Under the pieces are notes generated by a model. That model saw only the letters and a list, made by a program, of their open reading frames with translations, made no database searches and was not told where the DNA came from. A program made the translations under genes and the position numbers. From the IMG/VR virus record IMGVR_UViG_3300011420_000020, positions 1-39,626 of that record: a stretch of 39,626 nucleotides of DNA; one strand, 5' to 3'. Of the stretch, positions 9,204 to 19,830 are shown piece after piece. How positions within the stretch are numbered: position 1 is the stretch's first letter; every line of letters starts with the position of its first letter. The DNA is from a virus (Duplodnaviria; Caudoviricetes).

Positions 9204-10717
9204 TGCCCAACTCCGATCACCTGGAGTGGCTGGAGATCGCCGATTTCACTCCCGGCCTGTGGACCCGTAACCGCAGTCAGATGCCATACAACGCCGCCCA
9301 GGCGATGGTCGATGCCTACCCCTTGAAGGGCGGAGGCATGCGGCCGTTCTACGACGACATCTCTGTGACCACCACGAACCTGGACCTTTCGGCCGGCAAC
9401 CGGATCATCGGCATCGGCCAGCATGTAATCAACGGCCTGCGGGATATGTACGTCGTGAAGTACGACGACAGCGATAACGAGGTCCGGCTCTACCGCATGG
9501 ACGAGACGGCCGGTGCTTCCTCGTGGACGCTCCTGGCCGATTCCTTCGACACCACCGGTGCCGACACCTGGACTCAGGCGTTCTTCGAGACGTTCATTGA
9601 CGCAGCCGGCGTGCGCTGGATGCTCATGGCGCTGAACTACGGAGGCACGAGCGCCAGCACTGGCCGAGGGATCTGGAAGATCGCTTTCACTAACGGCGCC
9701 GTGACGCTCGTGAAGTCGGCGCAACCTACCGGACTCATCGTCAATCAGGGCCGTTGGATGTATTCCGAGGCCAACACGCCTCGGCTCTACTACTCCGAGG
9801 TTGGCTCTATCGAGTCCACCGAGAACTTCCTTGACGTCACTCCGAGTGGACCTGGCGCTGACATCACCGCCCTGTCTTCGCAGGAGCCCTCGGACATTCT
9901 GATTGGAAAGTCTGGAGCCTCTTGGGTTTCTATTCAGGGTGACATTTCAAGTCCGAATACAGTCGTCCGGGAACTCGTCGGCACCCACCCCGCCGGTCCT
10001 CGACCGTTGAAGCCGCAGCCGGCGCCGGGCGGCATGGTCTTCGTCGATGGACTCGGGTCGGTCTATCTGACGGACGGCCGCAACTTCCAGGACCTCGGCG
10101 AGACCATTTCGTCGCCGCACGTCGTGCGTATCGCCGGGGGTTCGTCAGAGAGCAAGATCGTCGCCATGACCGCTTTCGCCAAGGACTTCCTGTTCGTCGG
10201 CGGCGGCCTCGTCAAGGACATGGTCACTGGCGCCTGGTTTACGATCTCGCAGCCGGACAGCGATAACAAGGACCTGTGGCTGCCCGACTACTCCTCGAAC
10301 TCGGTGTGGGGGGCCAGCCTGGAGGACGCTGCCGACGCCACGATGGTGCGCTTCCGCATGTACGACTCGTCGGCCACCGACCGAGCACCCTCGTGCTCGT
10401 GGACGAGCGCTCCGTTCACCACCAGGGAGGGCGGCGACGCCAGGATCCGGGAGGTCGAAATTTGGTGGGAGACCCGAGCGGCCACAGCCAACGACATTAC
10501 CGTGACTCGATTCAATCAGGACGGCGGGGGCTCGGTTGCCCGTTCCGTGCTCAATCAGACCGCTAACCTTCGACAGCGCAACCGGTTCAAGTTCCCTAAC
10601 TCGGGATCGTCCCACCAGTACATCACCGTGGCCTGGAACACGTCCGGCGAGGACACCGAAGCTGCGCTTATCAACCGCATTCGGATCGGACTAGCCCCGG
10701 CCCGCAATCTAGGCTGA
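9203..10717 (+). CDS. Tail nozzle / tail tubular protein B-like (beta-rich)
   Basis: Likely start is ATG 9203 (TAATG coupling), not 9008. DFTPGLW N-terminus, beta-rich ~500 aa, next to the adaptor and ejection genes. Confidence 0.6.
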   Translation: MPNSDHLEWLEIADFTPGLWTRNRSQMPYNAAQAMVDAYPLKGGGMRPFYDDISVTTTNLDLSAGNRIIGIGQHVINGLRDMYVVKYDDSDNEVRLYRMDETAGASSWTLLADSFDTTGADTWTQAFFETFIDAAGVRWMLMALNYGGTSASTGRGIWKIAFTNGAVTLVKSAQPTGLIVNQGRWMYSEANTPRLYYSEVGSIESTENFLDVTPSGPGADITALSSQEPSDILIGKSGASWVSIQGDISSPNTVVRELVGTHPAGPRPLKPQPAPGGMVFVDGLGSVYLTDGRNFQDLGETISSPHVVRIAGGSSESKIVAMTAFAKDFLFVGGGLVKDMVTGAWFTISQPDSDNKDLWLPDYSSNSVWGASLEDAADATMVRFRMYDSSATDRAPSCSWTSAPFTTREGGDARIREVEIWWETRAATANDITVTRFNQDGGGSVARSVLNQTANLRQRNRFKFPNSGSSHQYITVAWNTSGEDTEAALINRIRIGLAPARNLG

Positions 10718-10721
10718 GCCT

Positions 10722-11363
10722 GTGACGACCCACGACCAGCTTGTGGACGAGGCCGAGTCTCGTTTCAAGGACACAGCCAACGAGATCCTTTCCGCCGCCG
10801 AGTGGTCGGTGTACCTGAACACCAGGTACCAGGAGGTCAACGCCAGGAGTCCGCTGTGGCCGTGGTTGGAGGGCACCAGCGACACGGTCACCGTGCTAGC
10901 GAACACCCGTTCGATCGCCCTGCCGGCCGACACGCTCCAGGTTCACAACGTCTATGACCTGACCCACGGCTACGCCCTCACCCCGCTCCAGGGCCGCATC
11001 GTTCAGGGGCACGCCTACGACCTGACGGCCGGCGCCGGCACAGGCGCCCCTGAGACCTATCGGCTGCGGGCCGGCACGATCGAGTTGTACCCGATGGTCG
11101 ACGTCAACACCTCCCTGCGGGTCGAATACGTCTCGGCGCCGGCTGCCCTGGCGACCACGGGCGAACCCGTGTGGCCGGAGCCTTTCCATCGGCTACTCGT
11201 CAACGGCATGCTGAGCCTGGCCTACGGCGACGACGGCAACCCCAAGGAGGCCGAGCGCTTCGACAAGATGTTTCAGATGGAGGTGAAGTCGATGATGGAC
11301 TTCATCCTCGCCTTCCGCCACGAGGGGCATCATGAGATCGTCGATGATTGGTACGATGACTGA
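10722..11363 (+). CDS. Head-tail adaptor / tail tubular protein A-like
   Basis: YLN..YQEV N-terminal helix, IELYP, PEPFHRLLVNG pattern typical of podovirus adaptor proteins. Confidence 0.65.
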   Translation: MTTHDQLVDEAESRFKDTANEILSAAEWSVYLNTRYQEVNARSPLWPWLEGTSDTVTVLANTRSIALPADTLQVHNVYDLTHGYALTPLQGRIVQGHAYDLTAGAGTGAPETYRLRAGTIELYPMVDVNTSLRVEYVSAPAALATTGEPVWPEPFHRLLVNGMLSLAYGDDGNPKEAERFDKMFQMEVKSMMDFILAFRHEGHHEIVDDWYDD

Positions 11364-11365
11364 TC

Positions 11366-12061
11366 ATGTCTGCTGACGTTTACACGACCTCCCGAGATTG
11401 GTACGCCGCCCGGCAGGCGCAGTTCGCTCAGTTGGCGGCACAGACTGCCGACCCCAACGCCAAGGCCATGTACGACACGGCCGCCAAGCAGGCAGCGCAG
11501 AAGGTCGCCGACTTCAGCCACATGCTCACGAACGCCAGCCTGTATTCGTCCAATGACGCACTGCGGGCGCAGGGCATGTACCGGGTGGCACAGCAGCAGC
11601 AGCAAGCGCAGGCCGACGAGTTCGATCGCCTGTTCCAGGTCACGCAGGATCCCAACGCTAAGGGCATGTACGGCACCGCCCGTGATCAGTCGCTCGGCCG
11701 AGTGAAGGAGTACGAGGGTCTCGGCGGAACGATCAACGAGTTTCAGGTCCCCGGCATTCAGGGCCAGTCTCAGATCCACCAGCGTCTCGCCGAGATCGGC
11801 GTCGGCGAACAGCAGGCCCGTCAGGACACCGGCATGCAGGTCGGCCGGCTGACCGACCAGTTCCAGCAGAAGACGATGCCGCAGTTGAAGGGCGCCCTCG
11901 GAGCTACCGGGCAGTTCTACGGGACGGCCGGCGACAAGGCCACGCAGCAGGCTGGACAGCAGTTCACCAATCAGACGTTCGACCTCAACTCCCAGATGCA
12001 GCGTAAGTTGGACGACTTCACCCGCCAGCGCACGTACGCTTCGATCGGCATGTTGGTTTAG
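11366..12061 (+). CDS. Putative internal virion (ejection) protein
   Basis: Gln/Ala-rich helical protein following the adaptor gene. Confidence 0.5.
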   Translation: MSADVYTTSRDWYAARQAQFAQLAAQTADPNAKAMYDTAAKQAAQKVADFSHMLTNASLYSSNDALRAQGMYRVAQQQQQAQADEFDRLFQVTQDPNAKGMYGTARDQSLGRVKEYEGLGGTINEFQVPGIQGQSQIHQRLAEIGVGEQQARQDTGMQVGRLTDQFQQKTMPQLKGALGATGQFYGTAGDKATQQAGQQFTNQTFDLNSQMQRKLDDFTRQRTYASIGMLV

Positions 12062-12070
12062 GCTCTGGTC

Positions 12071-12832
12071 ATGGCCGCATCGGATCTCTATTACCAGCAG
12101 TTCGCCAATAGCCTCGGCGCTTCCCGTTCCCGAATCCAGGGACAGTTGGCCCTCGCCCTGGCCGACCTGCGAGCGTCCGGCGATCGCTCGGCTGCGGTTC
12201 AGGCCGCCATGCCGGCGGCGCTCCAGCAGTCGTACCAGCCCGCCCTGGCTTCCCTCGACCAGGCGAGCGCAGCCGCCCAGTCGCAGCAGCGGCCGGGCAC
12301 GCAGTACACCGGCGTCGATCAGTTGAAGGCGATGCTCCAGGCCAACACGGCGCAGTCGGCTAGCACCGATCCGTTCATGACCCAGATGCGAGAGGCCGCT
12401 CTGTCCGAGCGTGGCGGGATGCTGCGCAACGCCGCTGGCCAGGCCGAAACGGCGCTCGACCAGCGTCTCCAGGACATCTACCAGAAGCAGTACGAATCGG
12501 AGTGGGGTTACGAGAACGACCTCGCTCACGCTATGGCCGGAGGCGGCGGAGGCGGAGGCGGCGGGGGCGGAGGCGGCGGAGGAGGCGGCGGTCGCCGTGG
12601 GGGCGGGGGTCGTAGCGGAACCTCGCAGGCTCGTAAGGACTTTCTCAACCAGACCAGGAACCTTGACGCTCGTGAGACTGCCAGCAAGATCGCAGCGGCC
12701 GAAGCTATGCGTGGTGCTGCGGCCGCTCGTATGCCGGCCCCGCCCTCGACCGGCAGCCGGCAGTACAGCCTTGTGTACGGAGCGCCGAAGAAGCGGACCA
12801 CCGGAGCCGGCGGCCTCGTCTACCGGTCGTAA
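12071..12832 (+). CDS. Putative internal virion (ejection) protein with poly-Gly tract
   Basis: Ala/Gln-rich; long Gly run at about 12539-12592; precedes the giant ORF. Confidence 0.5.
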   Translation: MAASDLYYQQFANSLGASRSRIQGQLALALADLRASGDRSAAVQAAMPAALQQSYQPALASLDQASAAAQSQQRPGTQYTGVDQLKAMLQANTAQSASTDPFMTQMREAALSERGGMLRNAAGQAETALDQRLQDIYQKQYESEWGYENDLAHAMAGGGGGGGGGGGGGGGGGGRRGGGGRSGTSQARKDFLNQTRNLDARETASKIAAAEAMRGAAAARMPAPPSTGSRQYSLVYGAPKKRTTGAGGLVYRS

Positions 12833-12849
12833 CCGGCTAGCCTCGGGCC

Positions 12850-15800
12850 ATGCCCGCCGGTGTCCGCCTGAACCCCGCCCTGGCCCAGTTCATGGCCCGG
12901 TCTCGGGCGGCCCGAGTCGCCCCGAAGTCGTACTCGTGGTTGAGCGCCAAGCCGAGGGCCGCTCCCGCTCGGCCGGCCGTTGCCCCGAGGCAGGTGCCGG
13001 CTCCTGCTCCTCGGCCGGCGCCCCCGTCCCGCCTGGCTGGCACCGAAGCGAGAGGCAAGGTCAGCGGCCAGTTGAAGCAACCCGCTCCGGTTCGTTCGCA
13101 GCGTGATACCGGGTTCAAGTTGGGGCTCGGCCAGGTCTTCAGGGAAATCGGCTCGGGCGTCACCGGCGCCTTTCAGGTTGGCGTATCGGCTTGGCCCGGC
13201 GGCCAGCGGTCAAGGCTGCCCGAGGCCGGGCTGAGCATCGCTAACTCGCTTTCGGGCACGATCAAGAATGCTGTGCCCGACGTCAACTTCGACCTGGGCG
13301 CTGTTGGCCGGAGCGGCGGAGGGGGGCCGCAGGGTCAGCGTGAAGACGCCTCGTTGAGGGAGCGCTACACCGACCTGTCCGAGCAGATCATCGGCGAGGG
13401 TTACCGGCCGCAGGACTTCGGCGAGAAGATGGCGGAGAGAGGTCTGCTTCCCGCCCTGGTGGAGGACGTAGGCAATACGGCCATCGTGGCCGGCGCTGGC
13501 AGAGTCGCCCTGACCGGTGGATCCAGACTCGCCGCTCGTGCCGGCGCTACTGGTACCGCCGGTCGTTTGGAGAGCGCTGCCTCGGCGTTGAATCGTGTCG
13601 CCCATCCGTACCAGACCGCAGCCCGAACCGGGTCGGATTTGGCTATCGCCGCAGCCAACAGGGTTCGACCGGGTGTGGCTATCGAAAGCGCTGCCCGTGG
13701 CGCTCGGGCCGGTCAGGTCATAGCTGCCGCTGACGGGTTCACCCCGGCCGGTGACGAAGCCGCACGGGCGCTCAGCGCCGCCGAGCGTTCCAGTCCGAGG
13801 GCTGCCCCCGGCATCACCAAGGCCGAAGCGATCGACCCCGGCCGTATGGCGGCGGGCAAGGCGGCCGTCGCCCGTACCGTCGAAGCGGCCAGGGCGGCCG
13901 TGCCGGATCCTGAGACAGCTACACTCGGGTCCGCACTTGCCAACCGTCCGCCCGCCCCGTGGGCACGAGCTATCACCTCGAAGCTGCCCGACCCCGTCAA
14001 CCGAGCCCTGGCCGTCGCAGCGCCGATGGTCCGCCGGCATCGGCTGAAGCAGGTCGCCGCCGACCTGGGCCGCAACGTCCGCATGGCGCAGCGCATCGCC
14101 CAATCCTCCCGAGCCGTTGTCGATTCTCGGGTCGCCGCTGAGAAGATCATGGCCGCCGTGCCCGAGCTAGACCGCTTCGCTATCTCTCGCATCGTCGGTG
14201 AGGAGATCAGCGCACGTCTCGATGGGACCGATTGGTTCGAGTCGGTCATCAGGGACGGCGGCAGCCCCGAGGCGGCCATGGCGCTGCGGGGCCAGGCTCG
14301 TCGTGGCTTCGTCGGACTCAGCCAGGCCGTCAAGGACAAGCTGGGGCCGGAACGCCTGGCCGCTCTGGAGCAGACGCTCGACGCCGCAGCAGAGACCTGG
14401 CGCATGGAGCGGCAGTCCAACCTCCAGCAGTTGATCGCTGGCCGCAAGGGTGCGCTCGGCGTCGAGGACGCCATTCTCGAAACAGATGCTCCACTTATGA
14501 CCGGTAGGGATTTGAAGCGGTTCAACCGGGCACGGCGGGACATGCGTCGGGCGGCCGAGTTGCGCAGGCGAGTGCCGGACGAGCGCCTGGCTCTTGACGC
14601 CAAGCGGGTCAAGCTGGAAGGCGTCATCGAGACTCGTCGTGGGGCGGCGGCCGATTTGCGCCGTAGGCTCGACGAGGTGTCTGTGCGGGTGTCCGAACTA
14701 CATCGCCCGGTCCCGCCCGGCGTCCGCAACATGGACCGTACTGTTCAAGCGATCATCGCCGACTTCGTTGAGAACGGCGGGACGACCTTTGACGTCGGCA
14801 CCGGTCAGGTCTCCTACGCCGACGCCGGCTACGCCGTGGGCGGGATGGTGGGCGGCGGCCGGGACCTGTTCGACATTCCGGCCGACGCCTTCGCTATCAA
14901 CGCCGAGGCACTGCTGAAGGAAGTCATTCGTGACAACATGGAGGTCTGGTACCACCCCGACGCTCGGCTCGGGTTGTGGGGTTACACCGACGACAACGGG
15001 ATCGCCCGAGTGGCCGGTGATGTCTCAACGACCGTCGAGAACCGGGAGTTGGCGATCCTCATGGGCGAAGCCCGGGGCCAACAGGCGCTTTACGACATCG
15101 CCGAGGGTGGCGATCTGACGCTGTCGGGCAACCCCGACATGCAGGCGCTCGCCCGCATCTACCACAACGAGGCCATGAAGAACCCGACGTCGTCTCCGCT
15201 CCTGCGTGTGTGGCGGGAGGCAGCCGATGCAGCCAAGGAGGCAGGCATAGGTGCTCAGGCGGCCGACGAGGTGATGCAGGTTTGGATGAACTGGGACTAC
15301 GGGATGCACGCCTCGAAGGGCACGCCGCTCGGGACCTTCTTCAAGAACGCCACGGTCGAGACCGGAACCAACCGGCCCAACGCTGAGTTCCTGGCCCAGA
15401 CCGTGCTCAACCTCTCCGTCGAGGAGGCGACCAGCAGGGCGCTCGGCACGCTGTCGTCCAAGGACGTGAGCGACAGCCTGGCCTGGTACTACGACTCGCA
15501 CGACTACGTCGAGGCGCTGTACCGGGGCAAGCCGATGACTTTGCTTAACGGCACGGTGCGGGACTCGGCCGACGTCTTCTACGATCTGCTGGCCGCCACT
15601 TCCGTCATGGCGAATCCGAAGCAGAACCTCGGGCGGGCCATGATGGCCGTCGCCAACATGAGCGACTTCCGCAAGGGTCAGGCCAACGCAATGGCAGCGG
15701 CCAAGGCTTTGATGAAGCGCCTGGAGACCACGCCCCCTGGCCGGGGTCCGACTCCCCGTGGCTTCGCCACGACCGAACTCGTCGCCCAGCGTTTCGTAGA

Positions 15801-18800
15801 CATTCCCGAACTGCGGGCGCTCACTGAGTCGACGAGCATGATCGCCTCCCCGAAGCAGAACGTGGTTGACATTCTCACCGGCACGTTGCGTATCGACGAG
15901 GCGACGACCGCCGACATCTCCCGCCTGCCCGAGGCGTGGACCGGAACGAACAAGGGTTTGGGTGACGCCAACCTCCCCCGAGAGGACGTCATGCGTCACC
16001 TGGAGGCGGCCGGCGATCCGGCAGCCATCGAGGCGTACAGACAAGTAGCCGCCATGCACACGGAGATTCTGGACAAGAGGGGCATGGTCAAGGCGTACCA
16101 GGAGGCTGGCTACACCCCAGCGGACGCCAAGCGGATGGCTGGACTTAGCCGGGGGGCTGACTTGGCTCGGGACACCCGTACCGTGTTGGCCGAGGAGGCC
16201 AGGCTGCGGCGGGAGGTGCCTGCGATCCACGACGCCTATGAGGCGGCCATCATGGAGTACCACGGCTCGAAGGCGCTCGCCAAGCTGCGCTCCTTCCGGG
16301 ACAACCTCGCCCGCCCGGCCGAGAGCACGACCGTCACTCTTGACACCGTCATGGCCAACCTGTTCGGCATCGACGGCACCGACTGGGCCGGCGGGGGCAC
16401 CTACGGCATGTACGCCTGGGACATACGGGAGGCGGCTGCCAAGTTGTCCGCTCAGTTCGGACGGGACGTGCGCCCGCACGAGGTGCAGGCGCTTCTGTGG
16501 ATCTTCGCCAAGCAGGAGGTCGGCCGGCAGGATTGGGGTCGATTCCTGGCTCACCACGACTTCGCTCTGGACGAGATCGCTCAGGGCATCTCTGAGGGCC
16601 GCCGCATCGACGATCCGCTGCGGGACTACTGGTCCGAGGAACTCGATTGGTCCGAGTCCGCCCAGCGGATCCGTCAGGAGCGTCAGGTTGTCCAGGCCAA
16701 GGTGCGGGACTACGCCCGCCACGGCGAGGAGGTGCCGGGGGACCTGGCGGCCGAGTACGCCCGGCTTCAGTCGACCGATGTCGCCAGCCCGATCGAGGAC
16801 ACCGTGGTCACCGCCATGGATCGGGAGAACATCGCCGCCCTGCCCGAGGGGGATGACGTTTACACGGCCGAGAACCGATTCCAGGTAGCCGACGACTCGA
16901 AGATCCTCGGGCAGAAGTTGGACTCCTACAATATCTGGCAGGACGTGTTCGCCAAGATCCAGGAGGCTGTAGTCCGAGGAGATGGCGCCGAGGCCACCAG
17001 GCTTCTCAACGACTACGCCGCCGGCTGGCGCTCGAAGTTGCTCGGGCCGTCCGGGGGCTCGATGGCGGTCGAAGGTATCCGCTCAATGACCGAGCCCAGC
17101 ACTAGCCAGGCGCTGGCCGCTGCCCGGTTGAAGTCCAATCGGCTGCGCAACGTGCCACCGCCCAACGAGGTCACCAGCCTCCCCGAGCGGGGATCCATCG
17201 GTGAGCTACACCAGGCGTTTAACGAGAAGCTGCTAGGCGCCATGGTCATGCCCAAGGGCAAGGACGCCCGGCTGGTCGTGCGCCTGTTCCAGGACGCCAA
17301 CCTCGGCACGCTCACCCACGAGGGCGCTCACCTCCTGCGACAGTTGCTTCCTGACGCAGACGTTGCTCGTTTGCACAAGGTCTACCCCGGCCTAGTCGAC
17401 AAGGGCATGACCGCCCGCAAGCGCCTGGCCGAGGAGAACTTCGTAGGCGGACTCATGGGCTACCTGTCCAGCCGAGGCACGCTCGTGTCCGCTCGGGGTG
17501 GACTCGACAACGTCTTCCGCAAGATCGCCGCCAGTCTGGAGCAGACCTACGGACCCATGCTTAACTCCGTGCTCGGCGAGGCGCCCGAACCTATCCGTCA
17601 GTTCTGGGACGATATGTTCGCTCCGCCGACCGAGGCCGGCGAGATGCTGCGTTCGCCGTTGGCCGGCCAGATGCCTCACCCGGTAGAAACGAAGCGCTAT
17701 AGGTGGGAGACCGAATTCGAGTCCATGCAGCGATCTCGACAGCTTGGCGAGGCCCGCCAGATGCGGGAAACCTTGGGCGTCAAGATCGCTCACCAGCAAG
17801 CCATGATCCGAACCCTGGAGAAGGGCCAGGTGCGCATCCTCGACGCCATGGACGGACTTACCCGTTCCGAGGCGGCCGCCGCTCGTCTGGAGCGGGGAGC
17901 GCAACGTTCGATGGCGACGCTCGACAGGCACCTTGTGAATCGCCGGCCGGCCGACGCCGCCTGGCAGCCCATGTACGACGCTTGGCACACGCTCATGGAG
18001 GAAGCCCGCCTCGACGAGACGGGCGTGATCGCCGACATGCTTCAGGACGTCCCCAAGACCTTCGTCGAGGTCATCCAACTCGCCACCGAGCGGGGCTTCC
18101 GGCCGACCCACCTGAAGGACGTCACTTGGGCCAACGCTCAGGGCACGCTGTTCGGCAACCTCGGGCTTGGCAAGCGGGGCATGGAGAACGCCGTCGAGGC
18201 AGGCACCCGTAAGACTCGCACCGGCGCCCTCGTCAAGCAGGGAGCGGCCGACCGATCCATCGAGGCCCTGGCCTCGGCCGTGGCCGAGGTGGCTCACGAA
18301 CGCCAGACCAACGCCCTCATCGACCACATCGAGGATTCCTACGCCAGGCCCATCGACGCCAACGCCGTCATCCCTCCGGGCTGGGTGGCGTGGGATCCTG
18401 AGCGCACCTGGATGCTCACCGGGACCGAGGCGTCGCCCACGGCAATCAAGGAGATCACCGGCCAGAGCACGAAATACATCGTGCCGAAGGAAATCAAGAC
18501 GGCGCTGCGTTCGATGAGCCGGGAGTACGACCACTGGGCGTTCCGCATGATTACCCGTCTGACCAGCCCGTGGCGTACTTTCGTACTGACCCTCAGCCCG
18601 AGGTGGTACGTCAACAACCTGTTCGGCAACACCATGCTCGCCACGGCCGAAGGCGTCCGTCCCCGAGATTGGTTGTCGGCCTGGCGCAAGTACCGCAATG
18701 GCACCATGCCGCAGGAAATCGTCGGCCAGTCAATTACGTCCTTCGAGGGAGGCCAGGGCACGATCCTGAATCGAGGCGTCGGCTCGACCGCTCGCCGGGA

Positions 18801-19815
18801 GGGTGTTCGTCCGGCGGCCACCGAACTGCGGGCACGGGTGACCCGCCTGAACGAAGTGGTCGACGAGTTCTCTCGTACCGCCGTCATGGACCGAGCGATG
18901 CGCACCGGCGCCACGAGAGAGGCCGCCCTGAAGCGGGCCTACGCCGCCCTGGTCGACTACGGCGACCTGGGTCCGTTGGAGCGAGGCTTCATCCGCTCTG
19001 TGCTGCCCTTCTACGCCTGGCAGAAGGGGATGGTCAAGTTGATCGCCCGCTTCCCCGCCGACCACACGATAGCGACCGCTGTGATGATGCAGTTGGGCGT
19101 CATGCACGAGGAACTTCTGAAGGACCAGTTCGCCGGCCAACTGCCCCGTGCGTACGAAGGACTCGTGCTGGCTGGCGATCAGGGCTACAACACTCGGTCG
19201 TGGAACCCCTTCCTCGATGCTGGCTCGCTGACTACCCCCCACGGGATCGCCGATGCCGTCAACCCCTTCGTTGAAGCGATGGTGCGAGCGATGCTTGGGG
19301 CGCCAGATGGCGGCTTCGTCGACCAGTACCAGATGAACGCCACCGGCGGAGCCATGCCGGAGACCGACCCGATCTCTGACATCCTGGAGACCATCCGCAA
19401 CGTGCCGCTCGTACGGCTCGGCGAACAGGCGATCACCGGCCAGGACGTGTACGGCCAAGACCCTGGCCTGAAGGACGCCCTCACTCGCTTCATGGGTGCG
19501 CCCCGGGTGTACTCGGAGGAGGAACTGACGGCTATTCGGGAGCGGGTGATGAAGGCACAGTCTCGTCTCAACCCGAAGTCGGACAAACAGAAGGCTAGGG
19601 AGGAAGCTGCTGCGAAGGCGGCTCGGGACAAGCGAGAGGCTGAGGCTGCAAAGAAACGGGCCGAGAAGGCCGCTGGTGCAACTGACACCCCCGATGAGCC
19701 CGCCTCAGAGCCGGTGAGGGATCCCGATACCGGGCAGTTCACCACCCAGGAGGAACTGGATGCAAAGGCGAAAGCGAGGGATCGCATGCCTCCTATTCAG
19801 TATCCAGTGCCCTGA
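12850..19815 (+). CDS. Giant (2321 aa) multidomain internal virion/ejection protein, polyvalent-protein-like
   Basis: Position after the tail and ejection genes; zincin-like THEGAH at 17314-17331; C-terminal FIRSVLPFYAW motif seen in large ejection proteins; further globular domains in the middle. Confidence 0.7.
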   Translation: MPAGVRLNPALAQFMARSRAARVAPKSYSWLSAKPRAAPARPAVAPRQVPAPAPRPAPPSRLAGTEARGKVSGQLKQPAPVRSQRDTGFKLGLGQVFREIGSGVTGAFQVGVSAWPGGQRSRLPEAGLSIANSLSGTIKNAVPDVNFDLGAVGRSGGGGPQGQREDASLRERYTDLSEQIIGEGYRPQDFGEKMAERGLLPALVEDVGNTAIVAGAGRVALTGGSRLAARAGATGTAGRLESAASALNRVAHPYQTAARTGSDLAIAAANRVRPGVAIESAARGARAGQVIAAADGFTPAGDEAARALSAAERSSPRAAPGITKAEAIDPGRMAAGKAAVARTVEAARAAVPDPETATLGSALANRPPAPWARAITSKLPDPVNRALAVAAPMVRRHRLKQVAADLGRNVRMAQRIAQSSRAVVDSRVAAEKIMAAVPELDRFAISRIVGEEISARLDGTDWFESVIRDGGSPEAAMALRGQARRGFVGLSQAVKDKLGPERLAALEQTLDAAAETWRMERQSNLQQLIAGRKGALGVEDAILETDAPLMTGRDLKRFNRARRDMRRAAELRRRVPDERLALDAKRVKLEGVIETRRGAAADLRRRLDEVSVRVSELHRPVPPGVRNMDRTVQAIIADFVENGGTTFDVGTGQVSYADAGYAVGGMVGGGRDLFDIPADAFAINAEALLKEVIRDNMEVWYHPDARLGLWGYTDDNGIARVAGDVSTTVENRELAILMGEARGQQALYDIAEGGDLTLSGNPDMQALARIYHNEAMKNPTSSPLLRVWREAADAAKEAGIGAQAADEVMQVWMNWDYGMHASKGTPLGTFFKNATVETGTNRPNAEFLAQTVLNLSVEEATSRALGTLSSKDVSDSLAWYYDSHDYVEALYRGKPMTLLNGTVRDSADVFYDLLAATSVMANPKQNLGRAMMAVANMSDFRKGQANAMAAAKALMKRLETTPPGRGPTPRGFATTELVAQRFVDIPELRALTESTSMIASPKQNVVDILTGTLRIDEATTADISRLPEAWTGTNKGLGDANLPREDVMRHLEAAGDPAAIEAYRQVAAMHTEILDKRGMVKAYQEAGYTPADAKRMAGLSRGADLARDTRTVLAEEARLRREVPAIHDAYEAAIMEYHGSKALAKLRSFRDNLARPAESTTVTLDTVMANLFGIDGTDWAGGGTYGMYAWDIREAAAKLSAQFGRDVRPHEVQALLWIFAKQEVGRQDWGRFLAHHDFALDEIAQGISEGRRIDDPLRDYWSEELDWSESAQRIRQERQVVQAKVRDYARHGEEVPGDLAAEYARLQSTDVASPIEDTVVTAMDRENIAALPEGDDVYTAENRFQVADDSKILGQKLDSYNIWQDVFAKIQEAVVRGDGAEATRLLNDYAAGWRSKLLGPSGGSMAVEGIRSMTEPSTSQALAAARLKSNRLRNVPPPNEVTSLPERGSIGELHQAFNEKLLGAMVMPKGKDARLVVRLFQDANLGTLTHEGAHLLRQLLPDADVARLHKVYPGLVDKGMTARKRLAEENFVGGLMGYLSSRGTLVSARGGLDNVFRKIAASLEQTYGPMLNSVLGEAPEPIRQFWDDMFAPPTEAGEMLRSPLAGQMPHPVETKRYRWETEFESMQRSRQLGEARQMRETLGVKIAHQQAMIRTLEKGQVRILDAMDGLTRSEAAAARLERGAQRSMATLDRHLVNRRPADAAWQPMYDAWHTLMEEARLDETGVIADMLQDVPKTFVEVIQLATERGFRPTHLKDVTWANAQGTLFGNLGLGKRGMENAVEAGTRKTRTGALVKQGAADRSIEALASAVAEVAHERQTNALIDHIEDSYARPIDANAVIPPGWVAWDPERTWMLTGTEASPTAIKEITGQSTKYIVPKEIKTALRSMSREYDHWAFRMITRLTSPWRTFVLTLSPRWYVNNLFGNTMLATAEGVRPRDWLSAWRKYRNGTMPQEIVGQSITSFEGGQGTILNRGVGSTARREGVRPAATELRARVTRLNEVVDEFSRTAVMDRAMRTGATREAALKRAYAALVDYGDLGPLERGFIRSVLPFYAWQKGMVKLIARFPADHTIATAVMMQLGVMHEELLKDQFAGQLPRAYEGLVLAGDQGYNTRSWNPFLDAGSLTTPHGIADAVNPFVEAMVRAMLGAPDGGFVDQYQMNATGGAMPETDPISDILETIRNVPLVRLGEQAITGQDVYGQDPGLKDALTRFMGAPRVYSEEELTAIRERVMKAQSRLNPKSDKQKAREEAAAKAARDKREAEAAKKRAEKAAGATDTPDEPASEPVRDPDTGQFTTQEELDAKAKARDRMPPIQYPVP

Positions 19816-19830
19816 TAATCTGGGCTAATC

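Noticed and set aside
12850-19815. Virion RNA polymerase (N4- or crAss-like) in the giant ORF
   Set aside because: No DxDGD or T7-type polymerase motifs recognised by eye; a structure search would be needed to exclude it.
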